Assembly: GCA_973895155.1 (NCBI GenBank)
Contig: OZ316893.1
Location: 26,896,798-26,960,797 of the forward strand
Reading direction: 5' to 3'
DNA: 64,000 nt
Origin: Marsupella aquatica
Lineage: Eukaryota > Plantae > Marchantiophyta
The position numbers were made by a program, and so were the translations under genes. The notes under the pieces are model-generated. The model was not told the DNA's origin. It saw only the letters and a list, made by a program, of their open reading frames with translations, and did no database searches. This document shows, in pieces, positions 14,045-27,573 of this stretch (position 1 is its first letter; every line of letters begins with the position of its first letter).

Positions 14045-14376
14045 CTAGAGTGAAGCCTCTAGACACTAACTCCATGATGTGGAATGATGAGAAAACTGAT
14101 GTCTATGATGTATGTCATGTCAAATGATAATCATGACTGCCTTTTGTTATGATTTCTATTTATATTAAAAACTGATCTCTATGGCCCCACCATATTATAT
14201 GTGCATAAGTGTGATGTAGGATAGAAAAACTAGGGATGTGCATAGAAAAGAGTACTATGGTATGTTATGTTTGATTATTAAAATGATGATATGTATGATA
14301 TTTTTTTTTATCATTTCATTAACCTTCAAAATATGTGAATAAAGAATATATTTTGGTGACATTTTTATTTGTCCTC

Positions 14377-14415
14377 CCCGTTATTCACGTTCAAAGAACG
14401 GGTAGTCGGGGCTAG
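14377..14415 (+). mobile_element. Helitron-like 3' terminus; the AT-rich region upstream is a probable non-autonomous Helitron, 5' end not located
   Basis: Hairpin CCCGTTATT...AAGAACGGG (14377-14402), 9-nt spacer, then CTAG (14412-14415) followed by T. Confidence 0.55.
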
Positions 14416-17400
14416 TAAGTAAATAAAAACTCACTAGCATGTACAGTGACTTAGAGTCATGGCATATGACCAATATTTATATTCCAGAATGAAACTGCTA
14501 TATGGTGAATCCATCTTTCAGTATTTTGTCTTATTCAAACTTCTTTTCTTGTGTATTTTAATTCAATGTGTTTTACCAAGGTGCATCCCTTGTATACTTT
14601 AGATTTTGAATTTAATCTAGCACCCCTCTAAATTTTTCAATCTTTGATATACTTTTGATCATCCACCCTTTAACAAAGCTCACGGAAGTTCTAGCCCTTA
14701 GTAAAGAAGAAATGATCTAATTAAAGTGCACTCCTCATGTCTTTAAGTTCTACTCATGATTTTGTGTCCTAAATTTATGTTTTAATTCATTTGAGTGTCA
14801 TTAACTAAGATAAGTACATAAGTATCTTTACTGGTGTATAGTATGTGCAGAACCCAATATCATAGACTTAAATTTTTCCAGTTCATTATTACTTTTCTTT
14901 ACATGTGTACTTTTAATCTTTTCTTTACATGTGTACTTTTATTCTTGTACCTTATGTGCACAACTTTTCAATGTCACTCTTCCTAATCAATGTTCTATTT
15001 ATATTTGCCACAAAAAATTAGATCAACTGTATTTCACTAAAAAACTTAAACTTTTTGCTAGAGGACAAAATAACTTTTCATGTTCCAGGATGAGTATGCT
15101 ATATACACTGACTTAGAGTCATGGAATATGACCAATATTTATAACAAAAAGTTATGGATTATCAAATGTAATAGGGCGTGTCAAAGTTCTCCCTTAACAC
15201 TTTGGTTACGGCTTAATTTTTGGACATACCACCCTTATGGGGTACATATTTTTGTAACCCACACGATTCTGTTCTGGCCATAAGTGCCTTTTATGACCTG
15301 AACCGTAACTCAGGTATAGCTGTGCTTTCACACACCCTAATGGTCTATAACTTTTTCTGTCCATTACTTTCACTACTAAGTCAAAGTTCATTTAGTTTTG
15401 AGGTTTGCGACCCCCGAGTCCTCTGTGACAATACAGAGCCTCAACATTCTCATGTCTTCCTCTAAACTCACTCCCCTACCTCAAGTGCATCCCTTGCCCC
15501 CACTCATCACTCAAACATATCCCTACCCCTCAACTTGAACATTGGTGAGGGGGTTTGTGGGACACAAAGCCTGGAGGGAAGCTTGCCTGCTCAGGTGCTT
15601 TTTCTGGGGACAATGCCCACCTCCTCAAGTTTCTGGTTGTTGGAGAAAGGCTCTGTAACTCAATGTCCATGTAGTATTGTGTGGCCTCCATTTGAAGCTC
15701 ATGAGTCATGGAACGCTCACAACATATTCTTCAGAAAAAATTAAGAAATTAGTGTCAGCCTTGAGGTAAAAAAAGTTATTTCCAAACGTAATTTTGGGTA
15801 CTGCTCTGTGCTTAGGGTGATTCAGTTTCCAAGATTTTGGAGGCCAAAGAAGTTTTATTATATTTGTTGTTTTGTGATTTCCATGAGCACAGGATGGGCC
15901 GCATGGTGAGAGGTAACAAAACAGCCTGTTCCTAGTGACAAAAATTTGCCAAATTTCACCTTACTGAAAAGTCTGCCACTTTTTGGCGGAAATTCACCAG
16001 AGTTTTTGTCTCCCAGAAGCCAGTTTCATGTAGCCTGACCCCACAAGCTAGAATTTGACCCTGAGTTATCCTCAAATGGGGAGATCTAAGGGTCAGACAT
16101 CAATAAGCCTAGGATGTTTATGTAAGGAATATTCCAAGCATCTTCCCTCACACACAAGGTGACATTTGCTGTCACCGTAGGAAAGAAAAAGCCTTTAAAA
16201 TGACTCTCAAGTGGGGGAGGGGGTAATTATGCTCTCCAAAGCCCCAAGGAGTGTTTCCTTGCTGTGCACTTTTGCTACCAGGTGAAGGGGCTTATTGTTG
16301 GAAAATCTACCATGAGCACAACCAGCAAGCATGCACACACCAAAACCAAGAGATACGGGGTTCACCTCCACTAAGGCTACGTCCACACAAACACACAAGA
16401 GCTTTATTAAACTTTGGACACCATAGTCACACAAAGTCTCATTGTACAAGTTCTCCTACCAACTAGCTAGCTCTCTCAACAATGAGCATGAGTCTCCAAG
16501 AAGAGCTCTCCCTAGCCCCTCTATATGCTAGATGCAAGAGTCACGGCTAATCACCATTAACACCCTAATGACAATTTAGCCTAAGTAATTAGGAGTTAAC
16601 CCAAGACTAGAGTTAACCCTAACACTTACAAATGATACAAAGAGGTTTTTTGAAAAGTTGTACCTACTTATTCTCCAAAATCAGCGGTTATAAGGTGACC
16701 ATACAAATTTTTCTCTTGCTAAACAGAGGCTTCTCAGCTCCGCCATAGGTGCCACCTGCCCAACATAGAGCAGGAAACACTGGCCCCGAGTCTGTCCGGG
16801 ATGACACTATGGTAGAAGGACCTACACTAACTAGGAACTAAAATGAAGCTTCTAGACATAATCCTCCTGCAGTTTTCTTTTTGTATTGCTGTGAATGGTC
16901 ATGAGCCATAAACCCGGTTGCCAGCCTGGCCTGGGGGTTATGAGATTTCAGCCAGCCCACCACAAGGGTTTCCCAATTTCAGGGGCAATTTCCAAGTCTG
17001 AATAGATCTATGGCAACTTGGGGCCATGGCTGTAACCCCCTCAAGCAAGCTGCCCTCAGGTTTACATCAAATTGATTAACCTCCTTGGATCGATGGATTA
17101 GGGACATGGGTTACCCTACACAACATTGGGAGCCGGGTGCTCTAGTCACTGTGCATGAAGGCCTGTGCACGAATGAATGACCTACGGACTGGAATGAAGC
17201 TTCTGGATTGTGAATATTCTAGTCTGTGATGTGGAGCAGAAGCGACATGGGGGGCATTTTCTGCCGAAAGAACTGGAGTGGCACGGGCACTGGAGAACTA
17301 ACTGGGTCGCAGAACAGAATGCCCACCAAACTGATGGCACAGCTGAGGCTCCAAGTGTCCAAACGACTATCAGAACTGTGAAAGAGGCAGAGGAGGATGA

Positions 17401-20167
17401 CAGCCCCTTCATGCACATTGAAATTCTGCCGCTACCAGCCGTGAATTGCGTCCCAACGGACTAAAGCACTGTGGAGGATTCAGCCTTGAAGTTAGCGCTA
17501 TCAGATCAGGGCATTTGAACCTTGACATCTCCATACTGATCAAGAACAGAACAATGTGGAGTACCGAGGTCAAACCTATTAAGAAGAGAATAAAATGTCC
17601 GTTGCAGCAGAAGGAGGTCTTCTGAACCACGAAGTTGCATGGTTTACAAATCAAGGTAAGCATTCGATTCGCGATATAACTGTAGATAATAAACTCCAAT
17701 TGAAAAACCTGTAGGTCGTAGCACTAGCTTTCCGTTTCAAGAAATAAATTCAGTCCAAAGAACCCCTGCTTCGTCTTGCCGGTGACGAAGTGCTTCCATA
17801 AATCCACTGAGATCCAGGCCGATGCTGTAGCATGCTTCCGAACTTGAGCAGAAAGCGATCATTTGTGCAAAAGTTACTTCAGCTAGTTGAGTGAACAAGA
17901 TCAAGTGCTTGATCATTAGTCTTTCTCCCGAACTGATAGCTCGCCGATATCGGCAGTTTGGTGAATGTGTGAACATAAATGTAATCTCACCACAGACCAA
18001 GCGCTGATTCAGGTCAAACCTCCATAGAAGTTGGAAAGCTGCTAAATGCATGAAGAGAGAGAGAGAGAGACCGTGTGATACGGAAAAAAATTGCTCAAAG
18101 TAGTTCTCCTGTCGCTAGTACCCTCTTCGATGTTTCATCCACGAGTCAAGTAACAGTTGATAAGCTTAACTACAAGTTAAGCCGTGAGAGTGTTCTTCTT
18201 GCGCTGTTTTTTAATTTCTTGCTTCTCAATATTCTGTTTCTCAAATTCTAGAATCCTTTATTGATTTATAAATCCGGTATCTATTCCAGCAATTTCTTGA
18301 TCCTGATTGATTGTGAAACAGCACTCGCTAAAAATTGTAGACCATCATCAAAGAAAGTCACTATCATACTTCATGTTTAATGCATTTCCTTTAAGTAACT
18401 TTGGAAGGAAGAAAGTTCAAAAAATGAATTCCTCTAGATTACTAACTAAACCGAAATTTTAAGAAGATTTGTGAAAAATGCGCAGGAGTCCTACAGATAT
18501 AGTTTAAGAAAAGTCGAAACTAACTAGTTAGTCGATGTGAATGTACGATTTTTAACTTTATTCTACGAGAGTAATTCAAATCACTGTCTCATAATAAATT
18601 CAGACAACTCTCTTAGTACCTCAAGATTGGATGTGTTCTCCCTTAGGAAGCTTCTCTTTGATTCCTTTCCTTCCTTGGTGAATGTTGATTACCATGTTGC
18701 TATCGATTCTCAGATCCTTACTTCTCCTTCCCGCAATTGGTACCGACGTTCAATGCTCTCCTTCAGCTGATTGGCACAGGTCGCTTTGTTGAGGGAGCTC
18801 GTCGTAGAGCGTTACAGACATTTAAGACCTTATTCTTTGTGAATCCAGTACTTCGAGGAGTTGACTACTCCAACAGTTAAGCCTGGTAGAATTCTCTGTC
18901 CATACATCCATGTGAGTTATATGCCTTGCAGTCTTCTCAGAACTCTTTTAAGAATGATCTTCACTTTAGCTCTTCCTGCATCTAGTGACATATCTTCTTT
19001 CTGCATCAAACCTGCATTCGATCAGTCTACTTATGACCGAGTGTGCAGTGTCTCTTTAATCAAAGTACACAGAACAAATGGTTCTTAGAGTACTATCGAT
19101 ATTGTCGAGGGTTTTACATTCTTTGATAGATTAGTGAAGGAGTCAAATAGCAGGGCGGGAACGCTCAGGAAGCTTTACAGTTCTTGGTCCAGCCTAGGAG
19201 TATTCTGAGAGTGGAGTCGTGTTTCCTACTGAGGATCCTCCCAGTTCCCAAGTGGCATCCCCAATGGGATTAGGAGTCACATACAACCAGACCGGAGAAC
19301 AGTGTGAATTGGTTGAAGAATTCATGTGATTACGACCCCTTGAAATTTGATGGAAGGTCGTCTCGAATTTCATTGATCCTACACAGAATGTGAGCGATTT
19401 AGGAGATGTAATCTACAGACTCACGCCGCTTTGTTTATGTGAAGTGGAATTCCAGAATTGGAGGGGACGCTTCCCATCACTTACAATGAAATGTGTGACT
19501 AATTAGAGGAAGAAAGAGAACGTTCTATCCAGAGATGGCGCACGTTAATTTCTGTTTATTAATCTGACCGGGTTGAGTTTGGTTGCACAGGACTTATCGT
19601 TGAAGGCGGACAGATGGATGCACGAATTCACGATTTCTTTGCCCAAGCTAGTTGAGAGACAAAACAGGCAGAACCGGGAGGAACGGACAGATGGATCAAT
19701 GCATGCACGGAGGCGTTTACCACGCTTGATGACTTTGGTCAACAGACAAACAGGCGGAAGGGGGAGGAACTGTGCAGTAATGCTGCCAGATCTCTCCATT
19801 GGGTCGATTTGGTTGTGATCTCAGAGGAAGAAAATAATCGTCGATGGAGTAGTCCCAGAGTTTCCTGTTCTCTCTGCTGACATGGACAGGGTGCTCCTTC
19901 CTCTCTTGCCCCTGGGTAAGACAACGAGATATCCGAGGCTTTTGTGGGCAGCATGGAGAAAACTGTGAATGAACAGAGGTCTGGATCCAGAGAAGCAACA
20001 GATTGTAGGGGTCTGGATGGCGTTGACTGAGAGGTTTGATGAACCGGCAACTCACATACTTGGAAGCCGTTGCGGATGAGGTATTAGTGGTGATTTCAAA
20101 GGAAGGAGTTAAGATTGATTAATTATCCGGGTGCAGAGGAATCCAGGCTCAGGATAGGCTTCTTGAC

Positions 20168-22939
20168 ATGGCGCAAGCTAGGTCCAAGCTGAGGAGCTTT
20201 ATTGGAATAGTAAGGTATGGAATTCAGAGGCACAGTGGAGAGATTGTTTCCTCCCCAAAGGTTTTTGAATCTTCTCATATTTGGCAGGCAAATCCGAAAG
20301 GCTTCAGCTCCTCGTTGTTGAGCCGTGGAGTATCTCCAGGGGAGCAGTTGGGCAATGCTATCAAGTCAGGGGGCAGTGCTCAGTATTTGTTGGTCTCCAA
20401 TGTAGCAAAAGCTATTGGTGGCGCTAGGGCAATTTCCTTTTCTGCCCAAGGCGGCTTGAAGATTTTAGCCACCAGAGAGCTCTCTGGCTACAGATCTGCT
20501 CACTTCCGTGGAATACAAAGAAATGGCTTTGATTCTAAATTACAACGCCGAATCTGGTCCAGTCATTCTAAGGTCAAACATGAGGTGAACTTGCCGATGA
20601 AAGGCAGCGGAGGTGTTTTTCTAGGGCGGAGGACTTATTATGTTGACAGACAAGGAATACACCATTTCAAGAGGAGAGGACCAGCCTCCTGGTCGGAGAA
20701 GTTTGCCACTCAGCGACACATGGGAATGCTTTTGGTTTTAGCTGGAGGTGGGTTGGTTCTTTATGTGACAAATCTACAAGTTGTCCCCTACACGCACAGG
20801 AAGCACTTCGTGTTGATCTCTCCCGGACTTGAGAGGTCGATTGGCGACCAAAGCTATGAAATGGTAAGGACCGAGTTGCAAGTGATGTTTTTGAGATTAG
20901 GTAGTCTATTTTCTACACCGGAATCTGGTGATTTTGGAGCTTTAATCACAAATTCAAGTCCGTCTAAATCCGAGTTGCTTGAAACATCCCTTAAAGAACG
21001 AGCATGATACATGCCAACGAGGTGCAGTCCCCTTGGTCCCCATGACAGCAAGCGTCAATTATATGGGACTCCCAGAGATATTTTGTATGGCTGTAGAAAG
21101 TTAGACCAGCCCAGAAATTTTCGAGGTGCATGATGAGTAGAAGATACCTACGACAGCCTTTCTTCTGTAGATCACAAACACTGACTCGAAGATGAAGACA
21201 CTCCAGAACAAGCGAAGGGACGATATAGGCTCACCGGTATCGCAGTTGGCTGACAATATATCTCCTGTATGGCAGCTCTAGACCAGCAACATACCCGCTT
21301 TTAATTGCTTTTTCCATAACGCTGCTCTGTAAATGAGGAGCGGAAGGCATCCTGCGCAAAATTGGTCTTACTCAGGACTTGTACACTTCCATCTCGATCT
21401 ACATTGACTGTCTGTCGTGTCCATTTACAGATTATGAAGGAGTACAAAGGAAGGTTATTGCCTCCAAATCACCCTCAAAGTGTGCGTGTGCACAAAATTG
21501 CAGATCAGATCATAGAAGCTCTTATGGTAGGAGTGGGAGCATCCGATTGGAGCAAAGCGGACAATGGTAGCCTAGATGTCACAGATATGTCCAAAGGTTG
21601 GGACCGGGATCCACATTACAAGACTTCAGAAAAGCCTCTATTGGAACCATATTGTAGTCATACTCACTCAGGCGATGAAACACTGGATGAGATGTTTGTC
21701 GACAAGAGTAGGCAACATGGATTGGAAACAGGCCAACGTGGGTATACCAAACACCTCGAAGGCATGAAGTGGAAAGTAGTGGTGGTGGATGATGAGATAG
21801 TGAATGCTATCTGTATACCAGGTGGAAAGATTGTGGTGTTTACTGGGCTACTAAAGAAGTTCCGTGGTGATGCCGAAGTGGCAACCGTTGTTGCACACGA
21901 GGTGTGCAAATTTCTGTTGTTGTCCCTTGTTTAGGTTGCACAGTTGTGTAGATTAGGAACACTTGTTAATATACACTCCAGACAAGCAGTCAGCACATGC
22001 TGTTACTGGTTTAGGTTTGAAAGAATCCTTGTTGATCAATTTTAGCACTTGGGGATAAATTTGGAAAATGGAGTGTGGGGATCAATGCTGTAGATGACTT
22101 CTAGCTTTAAACTCTAACACAACCATCGTGCTTTGCAGATTGGGCATGCTGTAGCACGGCATTCAGCAGAAGCCCTCACTCATAATCTCTTCATCGTTGC
22201 TCTTCAACTGATTGTTCTTTCAGTTTTCTTTGTTCCTCAACTTGTGAACTCAGTTTCAGAGCTTCTCTTGAGGCTCCCATTTTCAAGAAGGTAACTCAAG
22301 CTCTCAAGCTTTGTGATCTGATCTGGAGCTGGTGACGATTCTTCCTATCTCCTCTCAAAACTTTTTAGGCATGAAGCATTGTTCACTTCTTTCGTGAAAC
22401 TGTCGACCGAATTTTTCACACTTTTGATAAGAGGCTGATCAAATTGAAGGCATTGTGCTGTTTTAAAATAACTATCGTAGCTCGTTTAATTTGGTTGTCT
22501 GGTATGTAACAAGACTTATTTGAAGAACCCAGTGACCATACAATTTAGAAAGTAGGTCAATCCGGGGCCCCTCATATTGAAGATAGATAGACAACTCGTA
22601 TATTCTATCAAAAAGTACCAGGAAAATGTTGCCTCGAAAATTAATTGGTTCGAAAATTCTGAATAACCTTTGATGTCACTTGGCTACAGGATGGAGATTG
22701 AGGCCGATCACGTTGGTCTTATCTTAATGGCTGCAGCGGGATATGACCCAAGGCTGGCTCCTGGATTTTATGAGAAGCTGGGTAAATTAGAAAGTACACC
22801 AGAGTATGCGCAGTACTTGTCCACACATCCATCTGGGAAACGACGAGGTGAATTGCTTAGCAAGACAGCTACTATGCAGGAAGCCTTAGCATTATACCAG
22901 CAGAAAATGTCAGGGCAAGGTACTGAAGGATTCTTTTGA
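20168..22939 (+). CDS. OMA1: Mitochondrial metalloendopeptidase OMA1-like (peptidase M48); exons 20168-20863, 21431-21901, 22139-22290, 22690-22939
   Basis: Arg/Ser-rich presequence, VPYTHRKHFVL, NAICIPGGKIVVFTGLL, HE|IGH zinc motif across intron 2, PFSR|MEIEADHVG, LSTHPS; GT-AG junctions in frame. Confidence 0.92.
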
Positions 22940-23529
22940 AGTTCTGTCAAGAATCAGGCTAGTTGACGTGTGAATTGGATATGATTTGTCATAATTTCTC
23001 AAAAACGAGGCAAACATCTAGTACCTCCTGCAGATGTTTGTGGCATTTCAACTGGTGCTTTCGGATGTGGGGATCCCATGCCCTTCCATCGAGATAAAGG
23101 ACGACTGGAGTCGACAATATCAAATTTAGAGTGATAGGTCTTGGCGTGATTGGACCTGCTAAGTTTGTTCCGCGTTCACAGTTTTACATCCAAATATGTG
23201 CACAGCAATGTCAAGTGAAGACGTTTTGCTGTCTATTGCGATGGAGGATTCATGTCTTTGAATGGTTCACCTGCTGCAGCTAGAGTATAACTCTCCTCTG
23301 TATCAGCTTCTATCCAGCATACTCGCTTGCCATTGCTCTACTCACAAATAAAAGAGATAGTGAGGTGTGTAAACCTTTGAAAGGTGCCTTTGATTAAGGC
23401 ATATTACAACACAAAAGGAATTCGTGTAGAATTTCCTCTACGGAACACCAGACTATTCACTACATAGAGTCTGGGCAGGGCAACACTATCAGTAACGCCC
23501 CAAAAATGCAGCAATGAAAGCCCCATTCT

Positions 23530-23700
23530 CTTCCTCACTACTCATTCCTATCCTGTGGTGAATAGAGTCTCACCACAAGAGATGAGCACTTGCCAATAAA
23601 AGGTTTTGTGCTCACCATCTTTTGTGGAACTCAAGCCCATTCTTGAATTTATTATAATGAGAGCTAGCTCTTTATAGGGGCAGGTGCGGTTTAAAGTAGT
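23530..23700 (+). mobile_element. Degenerate copy of the MITE-like family
   Basis: TATCCTGTGGTGAATA...CTCACCATCT.TTGTGGA.CTCAAGCCCATTCTTGAA...ATAATGAGAGCTAG...GGCAGGTGCGGTTTAAAG matches 50773-51116 and the reverse complement of 8505-8709. Confidence 0.6.
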
Positions 23701-24985
23701 CTGGACAAGGCTGACTACAGTATTAGGGACATCCAAAAATGGGGGGTAGTTTGAACTAGTGTTGCCACTGTGGGCTAGAATGAGCCGGTGGAAGGGAACC
23801 CTACCTCTACCCAGAACCTAAACTAATTTTGACCAATACTTATAGTCTTGGTTATAGTGCACCAAGACTATATTTGTAGTTGGGGCGGTCATGTCATAAA
23901 GATTGACAAACACACCATGAAAGTGGTATGAGTTCATGATTTCCAGAAGATAGGCTAAGGTGAAGTTGGGCAACGTTGCCATTTGGGCAGGGGCATTAGA
24001 AGTTTTCAACACATTCTCTCCTTCCACTTCTTTCATCAGCCAATTAAAGGGCTCCAAGATCATGGAACATTTAACTACAAATGGGAATTAGCAGCAGTTG
24101 GCAGAAAGAAGGTTTCATGACCTCTTTTTGTTGTTTGGAGATGGCTAATGCTGTTGACAAAACTTGTGCTAATATGCATCCTACGGATGCTGATAGTCCT
24201 TGCTTTGAGATATGGTTGGCCTAAAATCAACTCTTTGTGAAGAAGGTGCAAGATACAACAAGGCTGTCTGATGCTAAAAACGAGGGAGAAGACTTTGTAA
24301 AAGAAACAATATATGGCCTCATAGCTGGTCGGTACTTTTTTTGGGTAGCACTTTTGTTTGTGGTTAGCTCAGTCTCGTGTGACAACTGCTTTTGGTCATG
24401 GGACCTGGTTGGCTGAAGTGAAGCAAATGTGCTGAGGGACCCCACCAACCCCCCTCTGTATTTGGGGTGTTGAGTATGTGGGGGGAGGGTATGAGATTTG
24501 TATAGAAACATAGTATAGTACAGGAACATACCAAGTGTACCAGCTGTCACAAGCTTATTGGAGAGGAAGGACAAGCATACTGGTACCAGTATACTAGAAG
24601 GAGTGCATGAAGTTACTCTTCAGGCATTTATGACTAAAGGTGTTGCCTTCAGAGTAAGTGCACCTAAAAGGATGGCCAGGAAGTACATCCACTAAGTGAT
24701 TTTGTACATTCAATCTGGGATTTTGTACATCCATCCTATAATCAGTGTCATACTTTGATTACAGGTTTTAGGTCACAGACCTAATATTTGACTGAATCAA
24801 GTGAAATGAGAATTGGTTGAACTAGGGTTTTGGACAATCAACTACCAACTTGCAATTGGAAGCTACACTCTGGATCCCATGATCTAGATTGAACTCTAGA
24901 TTGGGATAAGTTTTGGGGCCACAACAGGTGGGGATGGCAATTGGGGGCCTAAGGGCATATAGGCTAGTATGCAGCCAAAATATAA

Positions 24986-25188
24986 GACTAGGATAGCACA
25001 GAGTAAATTGTGGTTGAATCTCAAAATTGGAACCTGTATGTGAGGGTAGCTTAGACCATAATATTGTGACCAAAGTTTTTGAGAAGATACAACAAAACCA
25101 TAAAGCTAGGATGGTACAGAGTAAATTATAGTTGAATCTCAAAATTGGAACCTATATCTGAGGGTAGCTTAGTCTATAACATTGTGAC
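24986..25188. repeat. Two copies of a ~120 bp tandem unit
   Basis: CAGAGTAAATT.T.GTTGAATCTCAAAATTGGAACCT.TAT.TGAGGGTAGCTTAG..ATAA.ATTGTGAC twice. Confidence 0.8.
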
Positions 25189-26241
25189 GGCATGTTCCTG
25201 GTCGCCTACAAACCTCTGTATTCCTTTGATCCCCTGAGAAGCTTTGATTGTGGTTTCTCTTGGTCTCATTTAAGGTTTCTCCCATGATCCAAGTTTGATA
25301 GGTTTAAATTGCTTTCAGAGATTTTCTCTCTACAATTCTTAATCCTCTTTGGCTTTTCATCCTGGGACAGTTGTTCAGATTTTGGGTCAGATTTTAGTGT
25401 GACTTCCCTCACTCCTCCAGCCCTCAGATTTGTGGTTTCGCTTTGTTAGTTTTTCTTGGTGGGTGACATATTGTCACTTTTCACTGTTGCTCCTGTTTTG
25501 ACCTTGACCTTGTGACTGCATGAGTTTGGACTTTCCCTGACTTCTGGTCCTTGATTTTTTTGAAATTAGGCTCCTTTTACTCCCTGCTTTACTGGGGTTT
25601 GTTTTTCTGACCAGAGTTTTGAGACTATACAACAAAAAATGTAGAGCTGGGATGTACAGAGTATAGCATGAGAAGGGTGCAACCTGGCTCTTTCTTTTTC
25701 TTGAAAAGAGCACTTTACTCATAAGGAGGAAAGTAAAACCCAATAAAAACGGGAGTCACCGGTCAGCCCAGACGGGTCAAGGACCAACAACCACTCAAGG
25801 GCCAAGACACGTCCAAACAAGTCCGGGTTTGGACTTGCCCGGCAAATAGAGGCTTTAGAGTCCGTCAACCGGCAACTTGTCACCCGGACCGTCCCGGCCA
25901 TGACCTCCCGGCTCTGGCTGGCTCACACCCTGTCGTGCGCATACACATCGCTACCCAACATACATCGCTTGTCACACATATCCAAGCATAGTCACAATCT
26001 AACGACACAAACCTAAGAGAATGATCTACAAATGGAACCCATGTCCATACATGCCCAAAACCCACAATCGCCCCCCTAGCTGGAAGTGAGGTCCCCTAAC
26101 TCTAGCTAGCCATGAGTTCTACAAGGTTGATATACACCTTTTTAGGTGTGAAGATCAGGAGGCCGGGTGCAAGTGAGCCCCATCGATCACCTACCTGCAA
26201 TCTATATCTTCCACGAGAACACAAATGATAACTAGTCGGCA

Positions 26242-27573
26242 TCACCGACATTGAGGACACAACCATGATCCACTAGGAATCATGTGCAAGGGTGGTGTCA
26301 AACACGACATGTGCCATCCTCTAGAACACCGATCACAAATCAACATAGTAGCTGCTCCCTGAGCAGACCCACACAACATACACTTCAAGCCAGCACAAAC
26401 ATGTGCCAAGCTTGGATCCACAGTACCATCAATGTTTGGAAGATGACATGGCGCACAGTTACGCACATGATCCTTCCAAACCATACCATCACGTCCTTCC
26501 AATATAAGGACTCCAGAAGGCAACACTTCACGCACACGTAAGATTGTCCGCCCTGCGGTCACATCAAGCGTTGTTGGTGCTGTCTGCTGCAAATAAACAT
26601 AATCGCCAGGATGAAATCTTCTAATCCTCGTGCGATAACCTCCTCCACGAATAGTAGCATACCGCAAAGTATCACGATGTTGGGCAATAGCAAGGTTGTC
26701 AAAGGCCATGGGCATGACTCTCTCAAAAACTCGTGCCCTGTCTGAACAAACCTTGACCCAAACATCTGGATCATCCAAATCCACAATAGTTGCAACATCA
26801 CGACGAATAGCCGCTGGCAAATCTGGTTCTCTACCATAGAGCAAGAAATAAGGTGAAAAGGATGCAAGTGATGCTTGTCGACTAAAACGATAGCCCATAG
26901 CTAACCAAGGTAGTTGGAGATCCCAGTCTCCCAAATGACCAACCTGCAAGCCATACTTACGCAATCCTCTCTTCACAGTTTGTACAACTCTCTCTACCAA
27001 TCCATCTGCCTCAGGATGATCGCGAGAAGTAGTACGATGATCAATCAGAGCTTGCGCACACAAACTCTCAAAATCTCCACGGAATTCCGTGCCCTGATCA
27101 GTCAACACCTCAGCTGGTGCTCCAAAGTGACTGAGTACTCGATCCAAAAATGTGGTAGCCACTCCTCCACTAGCTTTATCTGGCAATGCCACTAGTTCAA
27201 TCCACTTGGAGAAGTGCTCCACCATAACCAAAACATACCGATTGTGACGTTGGGTAAGAGGCAATGGACCAGCAAAGTCCAAACTCCATCGATATCCCAA
27301 ACCCATGATCGGTAGCGGATGCAACTGGGGAGTGGGAGCATTGAACGATGCTCGCACTCGATCACAAACCACACACTTAGCTATCAATTGTTGGACATCA
27401 GTGTGCATACCACGCCACCAATATTGTGTCTGCAGCAAGCTATAAGTGCGCTTTACACCAAAGTGCCCTAACTCTTCGTGCGCATGTCGCACCAAATGTA
27501 CTCGTTGTGACGGTTTTGGTACAACCAACACCTTCCCATCACGTAGTACCCTCAAAAGATGGTTTCCTTCCCA
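26242..27573 (-). pseudogene. Outer element integrase plus C-terminal PHD finger
   Basis: HEELGHFG...CVVC zinc motif, WSLDFAGP, LTDQGTEF, DGLVER (DDE); C4HC3 PHD CMLC...CDRCSRGWHMSCLTPPL...WLCPQC; in-frame TGA at 27574 separates it from RNase H. Confidence 0.93.

Noticed and set aside
15166-17125. LTR retrotransposon remnant
   Set aside because: Purine tracts and LTR-like composition but no paired ends, TSD or coding motifs found
17210-17660. Short ORF and possible splice donor as a gene
   Set aside because: No recognisable family, stops downstream, no partner exons
25931-26066. 136-bp TG...CA segment after the G run as a canonical 3' LTR
   Set aside because: No matching copy visible at the 5' end (42862-44305)
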